From an uncultured Gammaproteobacteria bacterium (GTDB lineage: Bacteria; Patescibacteriota; Microgenomatia; Daviesbacterales; UBA10151), in NCBI GenBank assembly GCA_964522265.1, contig CAZFVS010000023.1, positions 1 to 12,866 of the forward strand: DNA of 12,866 nucleotides, written 5' to 3'. Both the position numbers and the translations under genes were made by a program. Positions 1 to 6,513 of this stretch are shown piece after piece; the first letter of the stretch is position 1; each line of letters opens with the position of its first letter. The notes under the pieces are model-generated. The model was not told the DNA's origin. It made no database searches and worked only from the letters and a program-made list of their open reading frames with translations.

Positions 1-88
1 AGTCACAGAAGAAACTGCAAAAGAAGCAATGAGGCTGGCCGCCCATAAATTGTCCCTCAAAACCAGGTTCATTACGAAACAACTATGA
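1..88 (+). CDS. rplP: 50S ribosomal protein L16, C-terminal fragment (5' end lies left of the window)
   Basis: Frame 2 reads VTEETAKEAMRLAAHKLSLKTRFITKQL and stops at TGA 86-88. This resembles the conserved L16 C-terminus (EA..LAA.KLP.KT.F.TK). It lies directly upstream of rpmC with an ATGA start/stop overlap. Confidence 0.8.
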   Translation, partial: VTEETAKEAMRLAAHKLSLKTRFITKQL

Positions 89-333
89 AAAAAAATGATT
101 TTTTACAGATTAAAATATTAGAAGAGAGGGCGATTGCTGGAAAAATAAAGGAAGCCAAGCTGGAAATTGCCAGTTTGGTTATAGATAAAAATATGAAGAA
201 ATTAAAGGATGTCAAAGCAATTTCTAAGAAAAGAAAAGATATTGCCCAGATGTTAACAGTATTAAGACAAAAACAGTTGATTGGGGAGTTAGAATCAAGT
301 AGAAAGAATACAGAAAAGGAGCCAAAAAAATGA
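85..333 (+). CDS. rpmC: 50S ribosomal protein L29
   Basis: 82-aa K/E-rich helical ORF (..KILEERAIAGKIKEAKLEI...KKRKDIAQMLTVLRQKQ) in the canonical slot between L16 and S17. It overlaps both neighbours by ATGA. Confidence 0.85.
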   Translation: MKKNDFLQIKILEERAIAGKIKEAKLEIASLVIDKNMKKLKDVKAISKKRKDIAQMLTVLRQKQLIGELESSRKNTEKEPKK

Positions 334-770
334 TAGGTAGAGTTGTTTCAACCAAAATGAAGCGGACGGCAGTTGTTTTAGTGAGCACTAAAAAAATGCA
401 CCCTCTTTATAAAAAGACATTTTCTAAAACTAAGAAATATTTTGCTGATGACTTATTTGGGGCAAAAGAAGGGGATATAGTGGAACTTGTAAAGATTAGG
501 CCTATTTCGAGAAAAAAGCACTGGCGGGTAAGCAAAATATTAGGGGCAGATGTGGTAGCTTTAGCTACGGTTGAGCTTAAAGAAGGAGCACAGGAAACGA
601 TTGCTGAGGTATTGCCGGCGGAGAAGGAAGAACCAGAGATAAAAACCAACGGTGGGCAGTCTGGTGAAGAGGCAGAACAGGCAGTAAAAAAAGCAAAGAA
701 AACTCAAAAAACAGAAGAAAAAACAGCAGAAAAAACAATGAAGAAAGGGAAAAGGGTTCTAAAAGCCTAA
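330..770 (+). CDS. rpsQ: 30S ribosomal protein S17 with a C-terminal extension of about 74 aa
   Basis: Residues 1-72 (MIGRVVSTKMKRTAVVLV..HPLYKKTFSKTKKYFADD..GDIVELVKIRPISRKKHWRV) look like a canonical S17 OB fold. Residues 73-146 are an A/E/K-rich low-complexity tail. Confidence 0.9.
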   Translation: MIGRVVSTKMKRTAVVLVSTKKMHPLYKKTFSKTKKYFADDLFGAKEGDIVELVKIRPISRKKHWRVSKILGADVVALATVELKEGAQETIAEVLPAEKEEPEIKTNGGQSGEEAEQAVKKAKKTQKTEEKTAEKTMKKGKRVLKA

Positions 771-776
771 TTTATT

Positions 777-1145
777 ATGGTCCAACACCGTTCAATGCTT
801 AATGTCGCTGATAATTCTGGGGCAAAAAAAGTCCAGGTGATCCAGCTTTTAGGTGGTTCCGGCAAAAGGTTTGGCAGACTAGGTGAAACCCTGGTAGCTG
901 TTGTAAAAGGGGCAGAATCTTTTGGTCAGGTTAAAAACGGGGAAATCGTCAGAGCAATCCTGGTTCGGGCCCGTAAGGAAAAACGCCGTGATGACGGATC
1001 ATATGTAAAATTTGACGATAATGCTGCAGTGTTGATCGATAAGGATGGAAATTTAAGGGCAACCAGAATTTTCGGGCCTATAGCCAGAGAGGTACGGGAG
1101 GCCGGACACAACAAAATTGTCTCTTTAGCACAGGAGGTATGGTAA
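777..1145 (+). CDS. rplN: 50S ribosomal protein L14
   Basis: 122 aa with typical L14 motifs and length: MVQHRSMLNVADNSGAKKVQVIQLLGG...RFDDNAAVLIDKDGN..ATRIFGPIAREVR. Confidence 0.95.
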   Translation: MVQHRSMLNVADNSGAKKVQVIQLLGGSGKRFGRLGETLVAVVKGAESFGQVKNGEIVRAILVRARKEKRRDDGSYVKFDDNAAVLIDKDGNLRATRIFGPIAREVREAGHNKIVSLAQEVW

Positions 1146-1222
1146 TCGGACTGAGCGCTGGCGAAGGAGATCGCCTGCAAAAATGCTACAGCATTTTTGA
1201 CAGGGGAATCGGACTGACAAGG
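1141..1222. repeat. Intergenic hairpin element, copy 1 (core 1167-1210), flanked by 11-nt direct repeats
   Basis: 9-bp stem CAAAAATGC/GCATTTTTG (1178-1186 / 1191-1199) with loop TACA. The flanks GAGATCGCCTG and ACAGGGGAATC match copy 2 in reverse complement. The direct repeat AATCGGACTGA occurs at 1144-1154 and 1207-1217. Confidence 0.8.
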
Positions 1223-1235
1223 GGAAGGAAAAATT

Positions 1236-1559
1236 ATGAAAATAAAAAAAGGTGATAAGGTCAAGATTTTACTGGGAAAAGATAGAGGTAAAACCGGATC
1301 TATTGAAAAAGTTTTAACCAAAAAAGGTAAAATACTCGTTTCGGGTATCAATTTAGTCAAAAGGCATGTTAAAAAACAGGGGACTATCGAAGGGGGCATT
1401 ATTGACATTGTCAAACCGATTGATATATCAAATGCATTATTGATTTGCCCAAACTGTAATTTGGCAACACGCATCGGGTTTAAGCTTTTGGGAACGGGTG
1501 GAGAAGCCAAGCATACAAAAGTCCGGATATGCAAAAAATGTAAAAAGGAGATCGGTTAA
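1236..1559 (+). CDS. rplX: 50S ribosomal protein L24 (Cys4 zinc-ribbon variant)
   Basis: 107 aa. MKIKKGDKVKILLGKDRGKTGSI is a KOW motif. The C-terminal half carries CPNC (C71, C74) and CKKC (C99, C102). SD GAAGGA lies upstream of ATG 1236. Confidence 0.93.
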   Translation: MKIKKGDKVKILLGKDRGKTGSIEKVLTKKGKILVSGINLVKRHVKKQGTIEGGIIDIVKPIDISNALLICPNCNLATRIGFKLLGTGGEAKHTKVRICKKCKKEIG

Positions 1560-1563
1560 TTAT

Positions 1564-2112
1564 ATGAATATATTAAAAGACAGATACCAAAAAGAGGTCA
1601 AGGGTAAACTTATGGAAGAGTTCAACATCACCAATAAATTGGCTGTACCGAAGATTACCAAAATTGTTATTAATATGGGTTTATCTGATGCAAAAGATAA
1701 TTCTGGGGTTTTGGAAAAGGCTGCGGTTAACCTGGCAGCGCTTTCAGGCCAAAAGCCTGTTATCACCAAAGCTAGAAAGTCTATTGCAGCCTTTAAAATA
1801 ACCCAGGGGTTACCAATCGGCCTAATGGTAACCTTAAGGGGAGACAGGATGTATGACTTTTTCAATAAACTGGTTAATATAGTTTTACCTAAGGTGAGAG
1901 ATTTCCGGGGGGTTTCTGAGGCGGGTTTTGATAGTAGGGGTAATTATAATCTGGGGCTTAAGGAACAGATTATTTTTCCTGAGGTTGATTACAAAAACAT
2001 TGACAAACCAAGAGGGTTGCAGCTGACTATCAATACAACCGCCCAAAACAAGCAGCAAGGAAAGAGGTTGTTGGAACTTTTGGGGATGCCTTTTAAGAAA
2101 GGAGACAGATAA
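1564..2112 (+). CDS. rplE: 50S ribosomal protein L5
   Basis: The ORF track begins at GTG 1498, but the conserved L5 N-terminus MNILKDRYQKEVKGKLMEEFNITNKLAVPKITKIVINMG begins at ATG 1564, 4 nt after the rplX stop. The product is 182 aa. Confidence 0.92.
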   Translation: MNILKDRYQKEVKGKLMEEFNITNKLAVPKITKIVINMGLSDAKDNSGVLEKAAVNLAALSGQKPVITKARKSIAAFKITQGLPIGLMVTLRGDRMYDFFNKLVNIVLPKVRDFRGVSEAGFDSRGNYNLGLKEQIIFPEVDYKNIDKPRGLQLTINTTAQNKQQGKRLLELLGMPFKKGDR

Positions 2113-2122
2113 AAATTAATTT

Positions 2123-2302
2123 ATGGCAAAGGTAAGCAATATCGTAAAAAAGAAAGTGAAATTTGAGGTGCAAAGAGTTAACCGCTGTTTGCGGTGTGGG
2201 CGTTCACGAGGTTTTATCAGGCGTTTTGGTATATGCAGGATCTGTTTTAGAGAGCTAGTTTATAAGAGTTATTTACCTGGTGTGAAAAAATCATCATGGT
2301 AA
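2123..2302 (+). CDS. rpsN: 30S ribosomal protein S14, short zinc-binding type Z
   Basis: Hand translation gives 59 aa, below the ORF-track cut-off: [59 protein letters not shown]. It has the CxxC...CxxC motif and the ..LPGV.K.SW end typical of S14-Z. It sits in the canonical slot between L5 and S8. Confidence 0.9.
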   Translation: MAKVSNIVKKKVKFEVQRVNRCLRCGRSRGFIRRFGICRICFRELVYKSYLPGVKKSSW

Positions 2303-2305
2303 TAG

Positions 2306-2312
2306 AAAGGAG
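2306..2312 (+). promoter_or_regulatory. Shine-Dalgarno AAAGGAG directly after the rpsN stop, about 93 nt upstream of the rpsH ATG
   Basis: This is the only SD-like purine run in the 2303-2405 spacer. It is followed after 7 nt by TTG 2320. No SD lies within 20 nt of the rpsH ATG at 2406. Confidence 0.6.
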
Positions 2313-2321
2313 AAAAAATTT

Positions 2322-2369
2322 GACTCCCTTGTCAAAAAATGCTCAACCGCATTTTTTGCAAGCGATCTC
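2322..2369. repeat. Intergenic hairpin element, copy 2 (inverted relative to copy 1)
   Basis: 10-bp stem CAAAAAATGC/GCATTTTTTG (2333-2342 / 2349-2358) with loop TCAACC. The flanks GACTCCCTTGT and CAAGCGATCTC match the reverse complement of the copy 1 flanks at 9/11 and 10/11 positions. A further 7-bp hairpin GCGACTG/CAGTCGC (2370-2376 / 2393-2399) follows. Confidence 0.8.
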
Positions 2370-2405
2370 GCGACTGGATAAAGACATAAGTGCAGTCGCT
2401 CCGAT

Positions 2406-2798
2406 ATGGATACAGTAGCTGATGCATTAATTAGAATAAAGAATGGATATATGGCCCGTAAAACGGAGGTAGTCTTGTCGTACTCAAAATTGATTTTAGC
2501 GATACTTCAAGTTTTAAAAACAGAGGGTTATATTCAAGGATTTAAAGTGCTTGATGCAAAAAACAAAAGTTTTCTTCAGCTTTTGGTCAGCCTAAAATAT
2601 ACAGGCAAAAAACCTGTCTTATCAGATATGAGAAGGATTTCCAAACCCGGTTTGAGGGTTTATAAAGGCAAAAAGACTCTGCCGAAAGTGTTAAATGGAT
2701 TGGGTATTGCGATAATTTCCACACCAAAAGGGGTTATGACAGACAAACAAGCCAGGAAGGAGGGCTTAGGCGGGGAGATTCTCGCCTATGTTTGGTGA
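2406..2798 (+). CDS. rpsH: 30S ribosomal protein S8
   Basis: 130 aa with canonical S8 ends and length: MDTVADALIRIKNGYMARKTEVVL.YSKL...GLGIAIISTPKGVMTDKQARKEGLGGEILAYVW. Confidence 0.95.
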   Translation: MDTVADALIRIKNGYMARKTEVVLSYSKLILAILQVLKTEGYIQGFKVLDAKNKSFLQLLVSLKYTGKKPVLSDMRRISKPGLRVYKGKKTLPKVLNGLGIAIISTPKGVMTDKQARKEGLGGEILAYVW

Positions 2799-2799
2799 T

Positions 2800-3354
2800 A
2801 TGAGTAGAATCGGTCGGGAGCCAATCAAAATACCAGACGGCGTAGATGTCCAGATTGAAGGCCGCAATCTGGTAGTGTCAGGGTCAAAAGGGCAACTCGA
2901 GATGACTTTGAGCCCACAAATCAAGGCAGAAAAGACTGGTAGTGAAATATTAATCAGTGCAGAAAAACAGGATAAATTTTCCCGCAGTCTGCATGGGTTG
3001 AATAGGTCTTTGGTAAATAATATGGTTTTGGGGGTGACGATCGGTTGGACTAAAAACCTGGAGATGGTGGGGGTTGGTTATAGGGTGCAGGGAGGAGGGG
3101 ATACCCTAACTTTGAGTGTGGGTTTTTCTCACCCTGTCATAATCAAAGCCCCAACAGGTGTGACCTTTACCATCGTTGATAACACTAAAATTACAGTTTC
3201 AGGGATTGACAAGAAGTTGGTCGGGCAGGTTGCTGCCAATATCAGAGCTACAAAACCTCCCGAGGTATACAAAGGTAAAGGGATTAGATATGCCGGTGAA
3301 TATGTGCGTAAAAAACCCGGTAAAGCAGGCAAAGCTATTGGGGGAGCAAAATAA
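2800..3354 (+). CDS. rplF: 50S ribosomal protein L6
   Basis: MSRIGREPIKIPDGVDVQIEG..L.V.G.KG is the conserved L6 N-terminus starting at ATG 2800, 1 nt after the rpsH stop. The ORF-track start at ATG 2788 adds MFGD and has better SD spacing (GGGGAGA 2772-2778), so it cannot be excluded. Confidence 0.9.
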   Translation: MSRIGREPIKIPDGVDVQIEGRNLVVSGSKGQLEMTLSPQIKAEKTGSEILISAEKQDKFSRSLHGLNRSLVNNMVLGVTIGWTKNLEMVGVGYRVQGGGDTLTLSVGFSHPVIIKAPTGVTFTIVDNTKITVSGIDKKLVGQVAANIRATKPPEVYKGKGIRYAGEYVRKKPGKAGKAIGGAK

Positions 3355-3356
3355 AT

Positions 3357-3692
3357 ATGTTTAAAACAAAACGTTTGCTAAGACATAAAAAGATCAGAAA
3401 AAATATAACCGGTACAACTATCAAGCCCAGATTGTCAGTATTCCGCTCAAGCAGGCATATCTATGCGCAGATTATAGATGATATGCAAAATAAAACCTTA
3501 GTGGCGGTTTCGGACTTGAAATACGCAAAAGGGGTTAAGCTGGAAAAAGCAGTGCTGGTGGGTGAAGATATTGCGAAGAAGGCTCTTAAGAAGAATTTAA
3601 AGCAGGTAGTGTTTGACAGAGGCGGATACAGATATCATGGGCGGGTAGCGGCTCTCGCATCAGGTGCCAGAAAAGGAGGACTGGTTTTTTAA
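3357..3692 (+). CDS. rplR: 50S ribosomal protein L18
   Basis: 111 aa. RLSVFRSSRHIYAQIIDD...TLVAVS...VFDRGGYRYHGRVAALASGARKGGLVF is the classical L18 signature. Confidence 0.95.
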   Translation: MFKTKRLLRHKKIRKNITGTTIKPRLSVFRSSRHIYAQIIDDMQNKTLVAVSDLKYAKGVKLEKAVLVGEDIAKKALKKNLKQVVFDRGGYRYHGRVAALASGARKGGLVF

Positions 3693-3701
3693 GCCAAAAA
3701 T

Positions 3702-4244
3702 ATGAACAGAAATTATCAAAATAGAAATTACCAAAGGACTCAGGAACCGTCCGAGTTTTTTGAAAAAGTGGTGCAGGTGAACAGAGTGTCCAAAAAAACA
3801 AAAGGCGGGGATAAACGTTCGCTTTCCGTTTTAGTAGTTGTTGGGGATAAAAAAGGGAGGGTTGGGGTTGGTTTGGGTAAAGCTGCAGATGTCCAATCAG
3901 CAGTCAGAAAAGCTACGGCTTATGCAAAGAAACACCTTTTTCGTGTACCATTAAAAGATAACCGGACTATCCCCCACCAGATATTTATAAAATTCGGTGC
4001 TGCCAAAGTACTGATAAAGCCTGCTTCCGGGGGGACAGGAGTGATTGCGGGAGGGGCAGTCAGGGTTGTGATGGAGGCTTGTGGGATAAAAGATGTTGTT
4101 TCAAAAGTGTTAGGTACCAGCAATCAGGCTTCTAATGTGTATGCAGTTATGGAGGCACTAAAGAAATTGAAGCCTTTCAAAAATGAGGAGATTATTGTGA
4201 GCCAAAAGAAGGAAAAGAAAGTTAAGCAGAAAGAAGAAAAATAA
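3702..4244 (+). CDS. rpsE: 30S ribosomal protein S5
   Basis: 180 aa. EKVVQVNRVSKKTKGGDKRSLSVLVVVGDKKGRVGVGLGKAADVQSAVRKA and GTGVIAGGAVRVVMEACGIKDVVSKVLGTSN are S5 domain motifs. The N-terminus has a tandem NRNYQ-NRNYQ and the C-terminus has a KKEKKVKQKEEK tail. Confidence 0.95.
   Translation: MNRNYQNRNYQRTQEPSEFFEKVVQVNRVSKKTKGGDKRSLSVLVVVGDKKGRVGVGLGKAADVQSAVRKATAYAKKHLFRVPLKDNRTIPHQIFIKFGAAKVLIKPASGGTGVIAGGAVRVVMEACGIKDVVSKVLGTSNQASNVYAVMEALKKLKPFKNEEIIVSQKKEKKVKQKEEK
3705..3734 (+). repeat. Tandem 15-nt duplication inside the rpsE 5' end
   Basis: AACAGAAATTATCAA (3705-3719) is followed by AATAGAAATTACCAA (3720-3734). They are 13/15 identical and encode NRNYQ twice. Confidence 0.85.
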
Positions 4245-4250
4245 AAATTT

Positions 4251-4703
4251 ATGCAACTGCACAAATTGCCAAAAACAACAATCAGGTCAAAGAAGCGGGT
4301 AGGACGCGGTCTTGGTTCCGGCAAAGGGAAAACAGCAGGTAGGGGTACAAAAGGTCAAAAGGCACGGGGTAAGATACCTCTTGCTAATGTTGGCGGTGGG
4401 TTGATTTTATATAAAAAACTTCCTTTCAGGAGAGGTTTGAGTAGAAAAGGAGGCAACCCTCCCCGTGCGCCCAAACCTATTTTAATCAAAACATCAAACT
4501 TAAATACATTAAAACCCAAAACTCATATCAACATAAATACTTTAATAGAAATGGGGTTGATAAAAGAGAAAGATGCAAAAACGCGGGGGGTTAAAATACT
4601 GGCAGAAGGGGTATTACAGGTGCCGCTTATTGTTAGTTTGCCTGTTTCCGAAAAGGTTAAAACAATGGTTGAAAAGATTGGAGGTAAAATTGAGGTTACA
4701 TGA
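4251..4703 (+). CDS. rplO: 50S ribosomal protein L15
   Basis: 150 aa. L.P......[27 protein letters not shown]...FEGGQ-like region and the C-terminal ..VKILA.G.L are typical L15. It starts 6 nt after the rpsE stop, leaving no room for rpmD. Confidence 0.93.
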   Translation: MQLHKLPKTTIRSKKRVGRGLGSGKGKTAGRGTKGQKARGKIPLANVGGGLILYKKLPFRRGLSRKGGNPPRAPKPILIKTSNLNTLKPKTHININTLIEMGLIKEKDAKTRGVKILAEGVLQVPLIVSLPVSEKVKTMVEKIGGKIEVT

Positions 4704-5989
4704 ATAAGATCTTTGCGCCACTGGTAAACGCTTTTAAAATTCCCGATTTAAGACGGAAAATTCTTTTAACAATATTGATCTTTATTATCTTTAGGATAGC
4801 TGCACATATTCCGGTAAGCGGTATAGATATTGTTGGCCTGCGCAGGTTATTTGAAGGGAATGAGTTTTTAAGTTTACTGGATATTTTCTCAGGAGGAACT
4901 TTGGCTAATTTTTCAGTACTTGCTTTAGGTCTTAATCCCTACATTAATGCATCAATTATCATCCAGCTTCTCACCATGGTTTTTCCAAAACTTGAGGAGA
5001 TAAGTAAAGATGGTGAGTTCGGCAGGCAGAAAATAAACCAATATACCCGTTATCTAACAGTTCCCTTGGCAGCACTTCAAGCGATCGGCATGTTGACGCT
5101 TTTGAAGAAACAGAACTTGGTATTGGCTTCAACACCGATTGAGATTTTAGCGATTATTATTGGGATGTTGGCAGGGACCATTTTTTTGATGTGGCTTGGA
5201 GAGCTTTTGACAGAATATGGTATAGGCAACGGGATCTCAGTTTTGATTTTCGCAGGAATTGTGGCGAGAGCGCCTGTAGTGCTTTTCCAGACAACATCAA
5301 TTGTCCAGCAACAGCAGCTAGCTAACCTGTTGATCTTTGCAGCAGTTGCTATTTTAATGATTGCCGGAGTTGTCTTTGTTAATGAGGGTAGAAGACAGAT
5401 CCTGGTCCAATATGCCAGAAGGTATTCTGGCGCAAGACAGGTAGCAACCTCCCACACCTACCTTCCTTTGAGGGTAAATCAGGCTGGTGTGATACCGATC
5501 ATTTTTGCTGTTTCTTTAGTGCTTGTTCCCAGCTTCGGGGGGCAGTTTTTATCCCAATTGCCCCAGCCGGCACTTCGGTCTTTAGGCGGTTTTCTAAATG
5601 TGAATTTTCAACCAACATCCTTTGCTTATAATATTGTATATTTTATGCTTGTCATTGGGTTTACATATTTTTACACCGCAGTAATATTTAATCCAACAAA
5701 AATCGCAGACGAGATTAAAAAATATGGGGGGTTTATCCCGGGGATCAGGCCGGGCAGCGCAACAGCCGGCTATCTGAACTATATCCTGGTGAGGATAACA
5801 CTGGCTGGAGCGATATTTTTAGGACTGATTGCGGTTTTACCATCCATAATCTCTCAAATAACTGAGGTGTCAACATTGGTGATTGGAGGCACTTCGCTTC
5901 TGATTGTGGTATCGGTGATTTTAGATACAGCAAAACAATTCGAGAGTAAATTGATTGAGAGAAATTATGAAGGATTTTTAAGAAAGTGA
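4700..5989 (+). CDS. secY: Preprotein translocase subunit SecY
   Basis: 429-aa polytopic hydrophobic ORF with SecY motifs [30 protein letters not shown] and [17 protein letters not shown]. It overlaps rplO by ATGA. Confidence 0.96.
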   Translation: MNKIFAPLVNAFKIPDLRRKILLTILIFIIFRIAAHIPVSGIDIVGLRRLFEGNEFLSLLDIFSGGTLANFSVLALGLNPYINASIIIQLLTMVFPKLEEISKDGEFGRQKINQYTRYLTVPLAALQAIGMLTLLKKQNLVLASTPIEILAIIIGMLAGTIFLMWLGELLTEYGIGNGISVLIFAGIVARAPVVLFQTTSIVQQQQLANLLIFAAVAILMIAGVVFVNEGRRQILVQYARRYSGARQVATSHTYLPLRVNQAGVIPIIFAVSLVLVPSFGGQFLSQLPQPALRSLGGFLNVNFQPTSFAYNIVYFMLVIGFTYFYTAVIFNPTKIADEIKKYGGFIPGIRPGSATAGYLNYILVRITLAGAIFLGLIAVLPSIISQITEVSTLVIGGTSLLIVVSVILDTAKQFESKLIERNYEGFLRK

Positions 5990-6513
5990 AAATTTTAATT
6001 AACGGTCCGCAGGGTTCAGGCAAAACGACTCATGCTAAAATTATTGCTGAAAAGTTTAAGTTGTGTTTTATAAAAACAGGAGACATGGTCAGGGAGAAAG
6101 CTTTAGAGAACAGTAAAGATGGTAAAAAATTGAAAAAAGCTTTAGACAGGGGCGGGTTGGCAGATGATAAAATTATTGCACATTTGGTTGAGAATGAGTT
6201 GGCAAGACCAAATTGCCGGGATAATTTTGTCATGGATGGGTATCCAAGGAGACTGGCGCAGCTGAAGATTTTTGATCCTAAATTTGATAAGGTATTTTAT
6301 CTGGATCTGTCGGATGAGCTGGCTGTAAAAAGGATGCTCAAAAGGGGTAGATCCGATGATGTTCCGGATCTCATTAAAGAAAGATTAAGACTTTATCATC
6401 AGGTGACTGAACAGGTGCTAAGGTATTATCAGGAGGAGGGTATCTTAATAAAAATTGATGCAGCAGGTACTATTAAAGAGGTTTCGAAAGAAATATCAAG
6501 TTATGTCAACTGA
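5986..6513 (+). CDS. adk: Adenylate kinase, short-LID form
   Basis: GTG start overlapping the secY stop (GTGA). It has the P-loop GPQGSGKTT, the NMP-binding motif TGDMVRE, DGYPRR, and a short LID ([19 protein letters not shown]) with no Cys4 insert. The product is 175 aa. Confidence 0.9.
   Translation: MKILINGPQGSGKTTHAKIIAEKFKLCFIKTGDMVREKALENSKDGKKLKKALDRGGLADDKIIAHLVENELARPNCRDNFVMDGYPRRLAQLKIFDPKFDKVFYLDLSDELAVKRMLKRGRSDDVPDLIKERLRLYHQVTEQVLRYYQEEGILIKIDAAGTIKEVSKEISSYVN

Noticed and set aside
1197-1202. A perfect -35 hexamer TTGACA inside element copy 1, and TTGACT at 2320-2325 in copy 2, considered as internal promoters.
   Set aside because: No acceptable -10 hexamer lies 16-18 nt downstream of either. 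The sequences there are AGGGGA and TCAACC. The hexamers are part of the conserved repeat flank and stem.
926-1534. A 202-aa ORF on the - strand. Other long antisense ORFs occur at 407-649, 1560-1865, 5077-5457, 5745-6023, 8401-8637, 8638-9201, 10226-10534 and 10473-10763.
   Set aside because: All lie antisense to genes with unmistakable r-protein, SecY or RpoA motifs. Their translations are low-complexity or hydrophobic shadows with no recognisable motifs and no SD. They are frame shadows typical of AT-rich coding DNA.
1446-1541. Four cysteines (CPNC...CKKC) in L24, considered as a possible novel zinc ribbon.
   Set aside because: A Cys4 L24 variant is already known in several bacteria. From memory, Thermus L24 has CPACGK...RVCAKCG. 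The feature is real but not novel.
1498-1563. Upstream extended starts offered by the ORF track for rplE (GTG 1498), map (6455) and rpoA (9549).
   Set aside because: Each extension overlaps the preceding gene by 20-60 nt and adds residues with no homology. The conserved N-termini begin at the internal ATGs 1564, 6503 and 9573, which also give the tight junctions seen elsewhere in the operon.
1167-2369. An invertible DNA segment (rplX-rplE-rpsN) bounded by the inverted element copies.
   Set aside because: Inversion would uncouple three essential genes from the operon promoter. No recombinase is nearby, and the repeats are only about 45 nt. The inverted arrangement is more simply explained by two independent insertions of a small repeat.
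3176-3364. Alternative-frame + strand ORFs at 3176-3364 (62 aa) and 10823-11020 (65 aa).
   Set aside because: They lie out of frame within rplF and within rplQ/rplM. They have no SD or motif support, and the overlapping frames carry the conserved r-protein sequences.
5986-6513. An unusually short (175-aa) adenylate kinase lacking the Cys4/long LID insert.
   Set aside because: Short-LID adenylate kinases are a known class. All catalytic motifs are present, and nothing suggests a novel function.
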